This document shows positions 1 through 13,064 of a DNA stretch of 64,000 nucleotides, in pieces. The stretch lies in the NCBI GenBank assembly GCA_963924565.1, contig OZ004612.1, positions 8,928,001-8,992,000 of the forward strand, given 5' to 3'. The notes under the pieces are model-generated. The model saw only the letters and a list, made by a program, of their open reading frames with translations, did no database searches and was not told the DNA's origin. The DNA is from Ascidiella aspersa. Lineage: Eukaryota. A program made the position numbers and the translations under genes. Each line of letters begins with the position of its first letter. The first letter of the stretch is position 1.

Positions 1-985
1 TCTAGACCGACACCTTAGCGTCCTTTGCAGCACGACGCCGCACTTCCGAATCGGCGACACCTAAACATGGCGATTTCTATCGACCCTGTCATCGATTTGA
101 TCGATCACATGACGCACACGACGCTATCGGGCGCTAGAATTTGAATGTAAACAAACAAGAAACGTAGTAAACAAAACAAATGCGCCGAAGTGTCACGCCC
201 ATCTAGCCTCGCAGCCCGCAGCCTTGGCTCCCGCACGGGAAGTAGCCTTTGCTCGTTGCAACCGCCCCCTAAACGCCCTCAAAACATCGAACAAACAGCA
301 GTGCTAATCACGCCCTCTCTCGTTTTGCTTCTGCGAAACACGACACCTCCTCAAATGGGCGTTTGTCACTCGATGAAGCGACACACGCAAGATACGCCTG
401 GCCATTTTAGGTCATACAGATTCGACCGGTTGCCGACTGCTGTTTACTTTACGGAAGCGGCGGGCGGCTTTGAAATTTGTCGTTACTAATAGGCGCGGCA
501 TTTGTATTGCCCACCTTTTTGGCCCAACAGCATGTCGCCTATTGCATTTCTCGCTCTGATCCACGCGGCGAGTGTACAAACATTCTACTTGAGTGTCAGA
601 CTGTCCATTGTTGTGAACGTCTGACGGACACCCAGGTCTCTTGTGTGAAGGAGCGATCGATTCCCACGCTCGCTGATTCACGACAGATGTCGTCGGTCCG
701 CGTCCCACGTTCTATTCCCGTAAACCATACGCCAGTGTAAACTTCCCGCTTGCTGCTCGCCAGGTGCGTTATCCTACCGTTTTGGCTTGGCATGATTTGC
801 AGTCTCTGGTCGCGGTTAAATTGCTATGTGTTGTTTACCCTAATGGCGGCGTTTTTTGTTGAAGAATGCGTGGCAAGTGTTACGAAACCCTCATTGGACG
901 AAAGCCACGAGGCCTCTAAATGGTACACCGTGTGGATTCGAAAAGCGTGTGCTTTGTTTATGGTAAATGGATCTTTGCTTTAAAC

Positions 986-1289
986 CAGTAGTTCTCAACT
1001 GGGGTGCCGCGGCACACTGGGGTGCCATTTCTAATGCTCAATGGTGCCGCGAGATATTTGAAAATCTTTAGGAATCGGATTTTTGATCAAGTCTTACAAC
1101 TTTTTTGTTATGATTAGAGTGAAATAAACCCAATTATAACTTCCTACGTTGTGTAGAGTTGATGTGTGGTGTTCCAGCTCGGTTTATGGTGACATTCTAG
1201 TAAATTACCGGAAAAATGTTGTAGGGGTGCCGCAAACTATTTGTTATTTCTGAGGGGTGCCGCTAGCTACAAAAGGTAGAGAAACACTG
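986..1289. mobile_element. Non-autonomous hAT (Charlie-like) MITE, ~300 bp
   Basis: Ends CAGTAGTTCTCAAC / GTAGAGAAACACTG (imperfect TIR). Internal GGGGTGCCGC subterminal repeats. Degenerate 8-bp TSD ctttaaac / ccttaaat. Confidence 0.8.
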
Positions 1290-4200
1290 CCTTAAATAGT
1301 GAATCCATTTATATACACAAAAAAATATATCTAAAAGTGTCCTTGCAGATCACGTTATTTAATCAAAAAAATTTAAACAAAACCTTGGGGTTAATTTCAT
1401 TAAAAGGCTTTCGTCGGCTAAGTAAATGTTACCATTGACGGGATGGGTAGGCCCTTAAATGCATATGTGTTGAAGGTTTAACACTTAACACGTGTTAACG
1501 AAATACAAAGGAAAATACAAGGTAAAACGTTTCCTTTAATAGATGACCTTGTGGTCACACCCGAATCTCAAAATTTTGAACGCGACATCGTAAATAATGC
1601 GCCGTACACAAGAAATAAACAGGCAAAAGGGCAGGCGATCTTTGTTTTACTCTACCGCGTCGGGTTTGCGGGTATATAGGTCTCAGAGCAATCTGGCGGG
1701 CCGATGCTAAAAGGTTTAACCTTCGCGTTGTTTTTACAGGATAAACAAGGTCCCCTTTACCTCGCCTGCCAGACCTGTGCCCGTATTCTGCCCTGCCGTT
1801 TCGCCGTGCACCGTTAAAACTGGGTCAAACGCCTCTTTGTGGTGCGAGGTGGTTCGGTTGTTTACATTCTCGGGCGTTCTGGTGTACGCCTTAATAAAAA
1901 CGTGCGGTTGTGCTGCGGTCGGTGTTAAACTGTTAAAATTAATGTCATCGCGGGGGCGTCTACTACAATTCCTTTATGCGGCTCGTTTTTTTTTAATATT
2001 TTAATATTCTCACCTGCGGCCGCTCTGTTTAGCTTCGCGCTGTAAAAATAAAGCTGACCTAAGGTAGGTCATAACACCCTGTTCGGCATTAAACTGCCCT
2101 GCATATGTTGAGCCAAAATACTGGATCCTCTACTTGTGACCTTTCGGATGCTTACGCTACACGAGGCGTCCAATAATTGTACAAAGTATAGTCTGAAAAC
2201 ATGCGAAAAAAATAAGGCGTAAAACGGTATGCGGCCAACGACACAAAGGGTGCTTGAACGTTTAATTTGTAATGTTCAATGGTTCTTACCAGTCTGAGCA
2301 ATGAGCGAAGTGTAAGTGCAGAAGGTAATTAATCATATAACGATGTTATTGTAAAACGTGAAAGAATGAGGAATAATACAGGTAAAATGTAATGAGTGGA
2401 GATAGATGAAAAAGCAAGTGAAAACGCAATGGTGGAAACAACACAAACAAAACGAATAAAATAATCTGTGCAACGCATACTCCACCACCCAGGCGGGAAT
2501 TTATTGTTTATCGTTGGAAATGCAATCAATCCTTCACCCCCACAGTGCAGGCGGTTGAGTGAAAGCATTTGCGTTTCGATTTGAGTCGAACGCGCGAAAG
2601 TTTAAACCTAAACAAACACTTGACTGGCACTTTGCTGCGATGAACAATGCGCCCCGTTTGTCTTCAGCGGTGAAACGCATGAACGCATTGACGTTGGCCC
2701 TCGGCAATTCGAGTGCCTTTCCCTAACGCGGTCAGGTTTGTTTACGTGAGAAAGCCGACAGCCGTTTCAAACAAAAGCAAAAAGGTACAACTTCTCACGG
2801 CCGCCCCGTAAAACATCCTCCCACCCGACGGTCAAGGCTTTTGGAAAAGGTGCCAGCCTCTACAATTTCGAACAAAAGCCGAACGAAACAGGTCAAGAGG
2901 TCGCCTTTTACCTTCACTTTATCTGGGACATTTGCGCTAAACCGAGCAAACTTAAAGCCGCTGTTTCAGCGTGAAAAGGCAGCGGCCCTCTTAGGTACGC
3001 AATACTGCGCATCTGCGCAACTACTTAAAGCACCAACAGACCCTTTGCGCAGTAAACTTTTCTCTCTCGTTATCGCAAATTCCGTTTTCCAGCAAATCAG
3101 CAAGGAACCCTGAGAAGCGTATGAACGTTAGAAAGTGCAAAAACGAGGATACGCTTTGAGCAAACAAAGCGTGTAGTTCTTATTTTAGTAAAATCTTGTA
3201 CAAATCAACGAAATTTCGGCTTTAAACTATTCATTCTTACTAATTCAAGATAGGGTTATCGAGTGGTACTGTAAAGACAAATTGTTATAAATTTTAATAC
3301 AATTGATATAAACCGATTACACTATTTAGAATTAGACAAATACGACCATTGAACAAGATTACTTAGTGAAGCATTTGCTCGTTACAAAACTTTTTCACGA
3401 GCGCACCGATTAGATTGTAAGGGGGAGGGGGGCAGTTTCGAACCCCTGGCCTTCGCGGCGAGGTCACGAAAACAATAGGACGAGTTCAACGAAAAACCTC
3501 CGCCCGGGCGTGTCGGTCGCTCCAGAGCGCGCATAGGACGGTTCACCGAAAATGCCGCGCGCGCTCGCACCAGTTCGCAGGAATCCACTCAAAACAAACA
3601 CGCGGTTTTTCCGCGGGCCGCGCGTATTGTTTTTGTTCGTCGAGCGGCCAGTTCAAAGGATCTGAGCCTCGGCGCCGTCGGGCCCCCCACCCTAGGTGGC
3701 CTGGCCACGAAACCGCGCCGCCAGCTAGGCGGACCTGGCTTGATATTGCAGTCCTTTGGCAATTTACCAACCGCAATGCTATGCTGGTGGAAGAATGCCT
3801 TTAGCCGGAGTAAACAACGAATCCCGAGCATGCGATTCTGAATGCGTGGGCACAGGTGAATTTGGCGTGTTTGTTTCGAGGAATCGGCCTGTTGTTGGCG
3901 AAGTGAAGGTAACTGATTAGTGCTTTATGGTTGCGCGATTTGCAATTGGTCTGCATACCGGGTTTTACTGAGTCTCAGCTCTTGGCAAATTTTCCTTCCT
4001 GGATTTTTTATTTCTGTTAGGAAACTATTTAAAAGTTGTAAATTTATTATGACCGCTTTTTGCTGACTCTCCACTCTAATAACAGCGTTCGTTACGATTC
4101 TATTGCAAAAATAATGAATTGAACCTCAAGTTTTTGTGCCTACCAAAATCAGTTGAGGTTGCAGTCCTAATTAACAAAAACTGATCCTGACTGAATCCCG

Positions 4201-7200
4201 AATTTGTCGATCAATGATGGCTTTCGATGAACTAATGAAACGGAAGCCGCAATCGTTGAAAAGCAGCTTCAGAAGGGTTAGATCTCAGTTGTTAACACAC
4301 ATTTGTGTGTGTATCTTTTATTTTTATATATTTTGCCGTCTTGGCAAGATCTGAGACTAAGTTGGGCAAAGAAACAATCGTCCAATTACGACCACGCTGC
4401 AAAGCAAAACGCTTATTGTCGTACATAGCAATCAGATCGAATCGCGCCTCCATTAGTCTAATCGCGTCTATTTTAAGCACATGGTCGCCCGAAATAGAAC
4501 AACAAGGCGGCCAAAAACAACGGGGCAAGTGCCAGTAAATCCCGACTGTTTATTTTTAGGCCGGTCGGCTGCCACCTGCAATTATCGCGTTTTACGGAGC
4601 CGAAAGTTTTTGCTCTTCGAACCGATTGGAATCCGGTTTTAGCTCAAGACTAAGTGGAAATTACCCAGAAGTTTGCAACAGCAATGATCACAGTCGTTTC
4701 GCTTGGCTGCTTCTCCGGTTCTGATAGACGCGGTAGCCCGTATTTGTGTTCGCAGAAACGATTTGGTGGCCCTTTCTCGTTTTGGGTTGTAATTAGACGC
4801 ACGCCCTTGGAGAAATGTACCTTATAGACCTAAACAACCTTGCACGGAATTATAGCAAAATTCCCCGACCATGGGAGTCACAATTTTAGTTGGGCCCATT
4901 GTCCCGGAATAAAAGCCACAAGACGACTACTCGGGCGTCAAAAAGTTAAATAATTAAATAAATTATGAAAAACCGTACGATCTATACTACTTAATTGAGA
5001 AACAATACAACCCCATGTATATCTTTTTGTGAGCCCCGTAAACATTGGCCACTGACTGCTAAAGCACTCAGTCATTAAAACTATGTGCCGCAAAATATTT
5101 TGCAATCTCGGAAAATAACTTTTCGTGTTAGAAATATATAGGCACGCAGGCAAACATGCCATGCTGAATTCATGCTATTCATTACACATAACTGATAATA
5201 TTCTGGTATTATGAGGAAATATGGTCAAGGTAAGACATTTTTGTTTATAGGAAGTGTGTCACAAATATTTTTTGATGTTATTAGTACGCAGCAAAGTTTA
5301 AAAAAGTTTAAAAATCACTGCACCAAGTACTTTGGCTGTTACAAGGGTAAAACTCTGTTCGAGAACTTTCCTTTCTTGCCAGGCTGGTCCATTGTGCGTC
5401 AACAAAGCAAGTTTCGAAACGAACGTTCTGGAAGTGAACGGCGCTCCGCGAACCGTCAAGTGCTTTCAAACCGACTCCAAATAGCGACGGGGCCACGGCG
5501 GGTTCGAATGCCTTTAGCCGAAAAAAAGGCGCAACGCGACTATATTGCCGCTCTCAAAACTGTCAGGTCATGTTTCGGAGCAATATCAGCCATCGGGCAA
5601 TTTCGCAACGGTCGATTCGAGTCGCGTAACCTGGAGTTTTTGCACGAACCGTAAAGATGTCGCGGAATTCACTTTTCATTTGCTTATTGAGATGCTGGAA
5701 ATTTTGCGGTCCAAATAGGTACACAGGCACTGCGGTGCAGCGGTGCCTTGTCCGGTATTTTGAGTCGCTCGCTCTCAAATTAATTTGCCGCACAATATCA
5801 TACGCTTGTATACTTGGTAAAATTCCAGTGTTTATTGCTGTTGCAAACCCGTTAAGTTTTAAACTACCTTACACCATTTTTTGTAAGTTTTGGTGTACAC
5901 TTGTGCGGACTGCGTTTTTGTTTTGAACTTTGCAAAAGCCAAAAGGCACTGGTAAAATAGTTTAAGCCGGGCGTCGCCGTTTTCCTAACATTCTCAAGTT
6001 ACAAAAAACATATCACATCATAAGGTGTCCTTTAAAAACGGATCATTTTCTTTAAACCAGTTTCTACATATCTTGGATAGCTACATAGCTACGTTTCTTG
6101 GATAAATTAAGTGTTGACATATCAAATTGGTTTCAACTAAATATTTATAAAATGATTGTCGACTATTCCAGACGAAAGCGCCCCTGAAAGACTGGAAAAC
6201 CTTATTTGTTACGCTTTTAAAATGCACAATGTATATAGCAGGCGATTTATTTAAGGTTAGATATACTGACAGTAACTAAGGAAAATGAACAATTGGATAT
6301 ATTTGGTCTTGGTCTGTAAAGTTGTAGGCACCCAAATATACCACAAAGGTTTCTAAAGTTTACCAAATGTTGAATTTTGTTAGATTAATTATTACTAAGC
6401 AAAGAATTTTTTGTTTGGTTTTACATTCTGGAAGTCTTGTGATGGCCTTCTACTTTATTGGTAAGCCCTGGGCGTTTCAAAAATTGCTGCAAGCCTATTT
6501 TGGTAGAGACAGAACACAAACAATGCGCCAGGTCTGGTGGCGTCGGCTCATGTGATGATCCGGCAGTCGGGCGTTTTGAGCCGGAACAGTAAAACAAGTT
6601 GTGGGAAAGTTACAAACGACTTAGGCTGTTCGCAGCAAAATGCAGTCTGTTGATACAAGCTGAGCAAGTCACGGGTCCCGTGTTTCGCGCCTGGCACGCA
6701 GCAGAGTATGACCGCGGCATGTGATCGAGCAAAAAAAGGCGAACAATTCGCTGATGATCAGAGTCCACGCCAGTCAAAAGCGCTTCTCGTCGCTGCTGTG
6801 TTCTGCGGGATATGACGCAGCGAAAATCGCGTGAAAATTGCTGCATCACTTTGTTGTTAAACCAGTCCTACGCGCGCGGCAATACTCCAGGGTTACCCGT
6901 TAGGGTTTTTAAAGCCAAACTTGATAGTTTAGGCGTTTTTTGAACCTCTTTGCATTTTATTTTTCCAAAAAAATACCCAAATAAAATTTGACTTTTTTTG
7001 TTTTTATTAAAAAAATTGCATGAGTGGTATGTTGAAAAGAGATCAAACTAACACAAAAAGAGGAAACTTGCCAAAAAAAATTTACAAAAAGGTAAAAATA
7101 TAAGAAAATTGACACAAAAAGAGCTCCAAACTAACCGTCCCTAAAATCAACAAGTTAGAAAAGGAGTGGTGTTGGGAATAACTGGGCGTTCTGTACAGCG

Positions 7201-9547
7201 CATACGTGGCCCGAATGTCACTTGACTGGCGCGAGAGGCGCGCGTGATTATGGGATGGATGACGAAATGAATTGCCGCACGTGAGGCAAATGATTGGGCT
7301 TCGGCTGCTGCACATCACTCACATTTTGAAAGGTGGCAAGCAGTGTGTCCTCTAAGCCTAAGTGCGCATTGCGCAAATGTACAGCACCACTAAACCATGT
7401 TCGCAGTAAAACAGGGAAATCTAAGCGTTTGTACATAGATTTGTCATGTGAACATTAAGATATAGGTTTGACGCCTTTGGGTTTCCTGAGGAATTATTCA
7501 GTCTCGGATTAACTGTCTTTTCAGCACATAAATAATGAAGGACGGTGTCAACTACATAATAAATATTAATTTTCATTAAAACGAAATGACAAATCCTAGT
7601 TGTAGCACGTAAAGCCTGGTAGCTTGTATGAGCAAAATATTTTACGTTACTGTTACATCACCTTAAAATCAGAAACGGGCAAATATAGTGTTTAAATTGC
7701 TCTGTTACACGTGGCCCAATTGATCGTTTTAAGCCTTGTTAACATTGCATAGGTGACGCAATTTAATCACATTGCGTAACGCTAGTTATGTAACACGATT
7801 GGCACGAAATAAAAATCGCTTGTAGGATGTTTCATTTCCAGAGTTCAAGCGTTGGATAACCATATAAACAAGTTTCAAACGTCATCTTTGTATGTTTGCC
7901 AAAACCTAAAGGTAAAGTCACACATATTTGATCAAACACGTGGCCCAATCTACCTTACGTAATCTGTCGTAAGCGTGTTGTTGTTAAACGGACGTTTACA
8001 TTGCGTCGGACATTAGATATGTTGATGAAAACCCTTGCTTCCAAACCCCAGGTGAAAACCCTTCCAGTGCACTATGCATTGCGCCACGCTGGCACATCAG
8101 GCAGAGCACGCGTCAGTTCCAGGTAACTTTGGAGTCCCAGCCCGCAGAAAAAAACGTCGCCTAACCCAGTTGGTTCCACGCTGGAAGCGATGACATGCCC
8201 TTTGTTGCGACTGCCCTGTCATGGCGCGGGCCTAGCGTGTTCAAAGAACAAGGCGTGCTCCATCCAAAACGGTCTTGTGACTCTGTCACGTGACACGCGC
8301 TCTCTCAATTCTGGTTGGTTTGGCGCGCTTTCGCTTCTCCCACTCTCTCCTACTCTTTGCTCGGAGCGCACAACTTCTCTTTGTTCTCCTGTTCGCTGCG
8401 TAGCGACACGGCCCTGGGCCAAAACAACCCGAAAACATTCCAGTTCAAGCGGCAGCAGCGTTTTTCGAAAGCCGAGTTTCGCCTAACTGCACAGCAAACA
8501 CGTTTTCGTTTTCCATTACACGAGGCATGTGTTACGTAAAAATCACTGCATTACGTCGTGGGCTGACGTGCCAGCGGAATGGCTAGTTTTGGACGAGGCC
8601 GTTCACAAGCTCTGCACAAAAATACAGGCATAAAATTCCACTATTAAAGGTCAAAGATTTGACTTGTGCTTCTCAGTTGCTGCAAAAGTTAACCCTGGGA
8701 AATTTCGCCGTTGTGTAAACAGCAACTGTGCGTTGATCGTGCTCCGTTTTTGCGGGTTTCGGCTGTCCTTATATTTTTAGCTCATTCTTGTGGCCGAAAT
8801 TAGGTTTAGCCCGAGGCAATTAGCGCGCCTGTTCAAAACGGAGTTGAAACTTCAGCGAAACTTTCCATCTCGCGGCACTAAAATTGACGTATCGGAAAGT
8901 CATTGCCGGTAGTTTCCCTTGTCTGGAAGAATTTCTCTTCTGTCTGTCATGCATATAATGTATTTAATGTATATAATATATGTAATTTAAATTTAGGTTT
9001 TCAATTTACAGTATTCTAAACCTAAAAAAGAGACAGCTGACTCGATGAACCGTACGATTCTTTCGCAGTCTCCTGGCAACATCAAATATTGCAAAACGTT
9101 TTGATTTCGTCGACTTTCCTATTGTATTTCATGTTTTAAATAAAATCATATCATGTCATACAGTCGCACAGCAGCTTTACGAGAATTTTGGGCCTGCCGA
9201 AGGTGACTGTGCAAAAATGCTCAATAGCTGGAGCACATGACCCGTTCAATTGCCCCAGTGAGAATCGGTAAACAGAATTCCTGTGGCTGTGGGTAAGCGG
9301 GTGCTGATAAATGATGACTGCGTGCTTTCCAGTTCGTCTGCGACATCCGCTATATGCGCCTCAATAAGCATATGCAGCCTCAGCACTGCTGTCTGATCAC
9401 CGATCATATACAAGGACGAACAAGGACACGCATCCAATTTGAACAGCCGAAAAAAATGTAGCGTTCGGTTTATGATGTATATTTATTTTTGCTCTCGCTA
9501 ACCTACAAACTTTAACAAAAAGTGTGTTTAACTTGCAATCAACGACC

Positions 9548-9978
9548 CAGTGTTGCAATGAATTAAATAAATGACTTGACTTGACCTTGTGTCACTCAAG
9601 TCATTGTTTTTTTTTTTGATTGGGCTTGACTTAGTCTTTTGGGCAAAAGACTAGACTTAATTTAAGTCATTTGGAAAAATGTTTTGACTTGGACAAAAGT
9701 CAAAAAAAAATCATAAAGTAGGGTAATTTTCCTAAACTTTTACACATAAATACGCCTGCTGTTTGTTTCGTTTATGGTTTTGTTTTTGATATGCAAAAAT
9801 CTTTCTGAAAAAATAAAAAAATTTAATAGTTTGTCATTTATGTTTCATTCCAATGAGAATTGACTTGGAAGTAACTTATGACTCGGAGTTGGACTTAGAC
9901 TTTTGTTGTTTTATAAAAAAATAACTGAACTTTGGAATTTTGCTCAAGTCATTCAAAAAAGGCTTGTTTACAATACTG
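9548..9978. mobile_element. MITE of the CAGTGTTG-TIR / GACTT-repeat family (probably hAT-derived)
   Basis: Starts CAGTGTTG and ends CAATACTG. Multiple subterminal GACTT(G)/AAGTC repeats. 8-bp flanks caacgacc / aaacgacc (7/8 match). Related copies occur elsewhere in the window. Confidence 0.8.
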
Positions 9979-10887
9979 AAACGACCTACGAAGTTCGCGT
10001 GCGCGCATTCAGATTTTGGCAATCCGGAAAGGAACTATACGTTTGGTAAAAATCAGTCGGAATGTGGTGAACGTTGTACCTTGCACTCTAATGTTGTCCC
10101 ACAGTCGACTCCCAATTGTGCCCAATCTATTCCAGGCTCCGTATGAATGAACCCGGGCAAACCTATCCAAACACGCCCCCGACTCAGCGAAACGTGGACT
10201 TTGATATCCCGAGCAGTTCCGAATGCAAGTCATTGAGGTTGTTTTGACGGAGCGTTTCTGTTTCATAACCAAGTCAAAAGTTGAACCCTGAGATTTTGTC
10301 AAATGTGCACTTTTTATCAACGCGTTTTAATCGTAGAAAATCGCTTTTGCGCAACCGTGTTAATGTTTGTCGGGCACGCCGAGACACGCCCGTATAGCGA
10401 CGAGTGTCATCAGCCGTTTAACGTGTACGTGTCGCTTTTTTTCAAGTGCTTTTGTGTCGAAATCAGCAACAAGACACCATTCAATCTTGTTGGGTTTTGT
10501 GGGTTTTAAATTATTCTTCTCGCTTTAAAAGCCACTTACTTCTCTTTATCAACGGTTTTTGCCAATTTATTTATTTGTATTAAGCAGATTATCTGCACAG
10601 ACTTGCGACAGCCCCAGTTGGTGACACTGCAATGCGATTGGATTTATTACTTGGTGTCCAAACAGTTCTATCTTACGCCTAAAGTAAAAATTCAACCAAG
10701 GTGACAAATAAAAAACATATGGTTGCTGATGATGTGCCCAACACTCCACTGACATAGGCCTGTCGCCCCTTTAAAACCAGCTGGCATACAATTCCTTGTT
10801 TGCAAATACATTGGTTGTTATGTGCACAGAATTATTTTTATTCGGGGAGTTTAAAAAAATATTTAGTTTAAAAATAACCGTCTAGAT

Positions 10888-11348
10888 CAGTGGTTCTCAA
10901 CCGCCGGTCCGCGGACCGGTGCCGGTCCGCGTCAACTCTTCTGCCGGTCCGCCAAATGTATTACAATATTAAATCTAAATTGCAAAACTCAAGATGTTGA
11001 AGGCTTATCCATCAAATTAAGAAGTTCGCCAGCTTCGTAATTTGCTGCATTGTCACGTAACTTATATGAGTTAGTTGAAGGTCTACTTTGAACTTCATTG
11101 TGTCGTCACAATGCTGCAAGTGTTTTGGCCAACTGTATAAAAGTAGGCTACAACTCGTTGAAGTCTTCAACTTTAAGACCAGTTGTATGTGAAAGATAAC
11201 AGTGTTTTAGTTGCAACTATTGCGTTATTAAATTTTAGGTTGATTTTTATTTTTGAAGGTCCACCGGAAAACCGCAAAACTTGTCCGTCCGCAAAACTTG
11301 TTTTGAAACTTTACCGGTCCCGTAAGCTAAAAAGGTTGAGAACCACTG
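10888..11348. mobile_element. Non-autonomous hAT (Charlie-like) MITE, 461 bp
   Basis: Perfect 15-bp TIR CAGTGGTTCTCAACC / GGTTGAGAACCACTG. Perfect 8-bp TSD gtctagat (10880-10887 and 11349-11356). CCGGTCCG subterminal repeats. Confidence 0.95.
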
Positions 11349-11469
11349 GTCTAGATTTCATTGGATAGTTTATATTTTCCAAATGTTTACCGAAACCTTG
11401 CTCGGAAGAGTTTTTTGCTATACCTTCAGGTTTTTTGGGAATGCTGCCTTTGTTTTATGCTTGTTTTGT

Positions 11470-13064
11470 TTTATTATTAATTCTATACGTTTCAACTGTT
11501 CTAGTTAACGGCAACGTTTTTTTATTGTATGTTTTGCCTAATCCTAATTTTTTTGCCTAATCCTAATTTCTGTCTATTTAACTGTTTAAATGTGTTGCAA
11601 TGAAACCTACTCCTAGAAAGTTTGAAAACTGACGTCACGAAACAGACCAAGCCAACTTTCCGGTTTTGAATTTCTATTCGATAAAAACGCCATGTGAATA
11701 AATCGGTATACGCCGTGATTTCAACTTTAGAAAGAAAAATTGGCAAAGAAAATACAAACAAGACTTTGGCAAAACGGAAAGTAAAAGCACGAAATAGTTT
11801 GGCACGAACTGACACCAATGGGGCGTCGTACCATAAAAGGAAATTATTCCGATCAACACCCGGAATAAGTTAAACACAACAAAAATATGAATCACACCCG
11901 AAGCGATAAACGGCATCTCGGTGAAACGTTTTGCTATTTTTGCCATGGCTCGAGGCTGTAACTGTTCCTCGGGTGCTTTTTCATCGGAACCACGAGTGAC
12001 GTAGCAGCACGAAGATGACGTCACGCATGGCTTGGAGTCAATCTGGAAATGAGGCAAGGCATGTTTAAAGCACAATATGCAAATGCGACACATTTCCAAT
12101 AAGAAAGATCTTAGCGGGAACGTTTTAAGCAAAACCAGTTGCAGTCGTAAAGTCTTAACGGTTATTAAGCGAAATAAAATTACAACGGGCAATAAACTTA
12201 CAATAAATTCGACTCCGGTTGCTCTTCTTCTTTTGCGTTGTACCACACAAAGAGTTTATTTGAAGGCGGGAGAAACAGCATTCGATACACACAATAGTCG
12301 AAACTGCTGATGTAGCTTTCGAGGTGCTTGAGCTTGCTTGTTTTTCGGTTTTCAAACGTGGCTGTCGAAGTCCTCTCATCAAAATCAATGAATCCCTGAG
12401 GCCTCGCAGCTCACAAACAGTCTTTCAATATCAAGCTCAGCTTTCTCCAGTCGCTCTTGCGTTTCAAGAGTCTTTGAATAAAACTAGCGGACGCGCCGAG
12501 AGGCTGATGCAGTTTTGCTTTGGTAGATTTTTTTTCATAGAAACAAAAATTTTCTCTTTTCTTTTTTGTTTTTTCGTCTATGAAGCTTGTGTTTTTTTTT
12601 CTGCGCATCAGTCCCCTTGCAAACGCTCGTGCTTAATAGCATTCCCTGCGTTCGCTCGAGGAACCGGACCCGGAACAGTTCTCGGGCCAGTCTCCGACAC
12701 AATCCTGCTAGCAGAGTTTGTCGGCGTAGCCTTTAAGCCGCTACTAGGCATCAGCATTGTTCTGTATTGTTTCTGAATAGCACACGATGAAATCCGACGG
12801 ATACAGCTTGTCGTTGTCGGCGCGACGAAATACGGTCCAAAAAAGTTGCTTGCAAATCTGCTTTTCCTTTTGCCACCAATGCAAGGCGAGTCGATTTTCG
12901 CGATTCCAGACCGCCGGTCCAGAATCATTGCCAGTGGGGGCCCATGATGAGGCAGTAGACAAGAAAAAACACAACTTTTTTTAAAAGAGTTTTTCAAAAA
13001 GAAGCTGTACAAAGCTAGACACACAAAACGGCACTCTGTACAGTTCGACGTTCGCAGCTAGAAT
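11470..13064 (-). ncRNA. Predicted Pol II transcript without a recognisable long ORF (lncRNA or small-ORF mRNA), possibly 2 exons (13064-12202 and 12042-~11500)
   Basis: Core promoter at 13064-13154. Donor ATT|GTAAGT at 12201 and acceptor CTCATTTCCAG| at 12043. U-rich 3' part. AATAAA on the - strand at ~11521-11526 and ~11470, with an internal one at 12255-12260. Inferred only; no expression data. Confidence 0.45.

Noticed and set aside
9311-9396. ATGATGA ... CTGA spacing resembling a box C/D snoRNA
   Set aside because: The terminal stem is weak, only ~8 nt of possible 28S complementarity is present (ACTGCTGT), and there is no host intron. A snoscan or Rfam hit would be needed.
11674-12246. 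190-aa hydrophobic - strand ORF
   Set aside because: It has a non-ATG start and reads through the predicted intron. Its hydrophobicity is explained by U-rich UTR-like composition, and no family is recognised.
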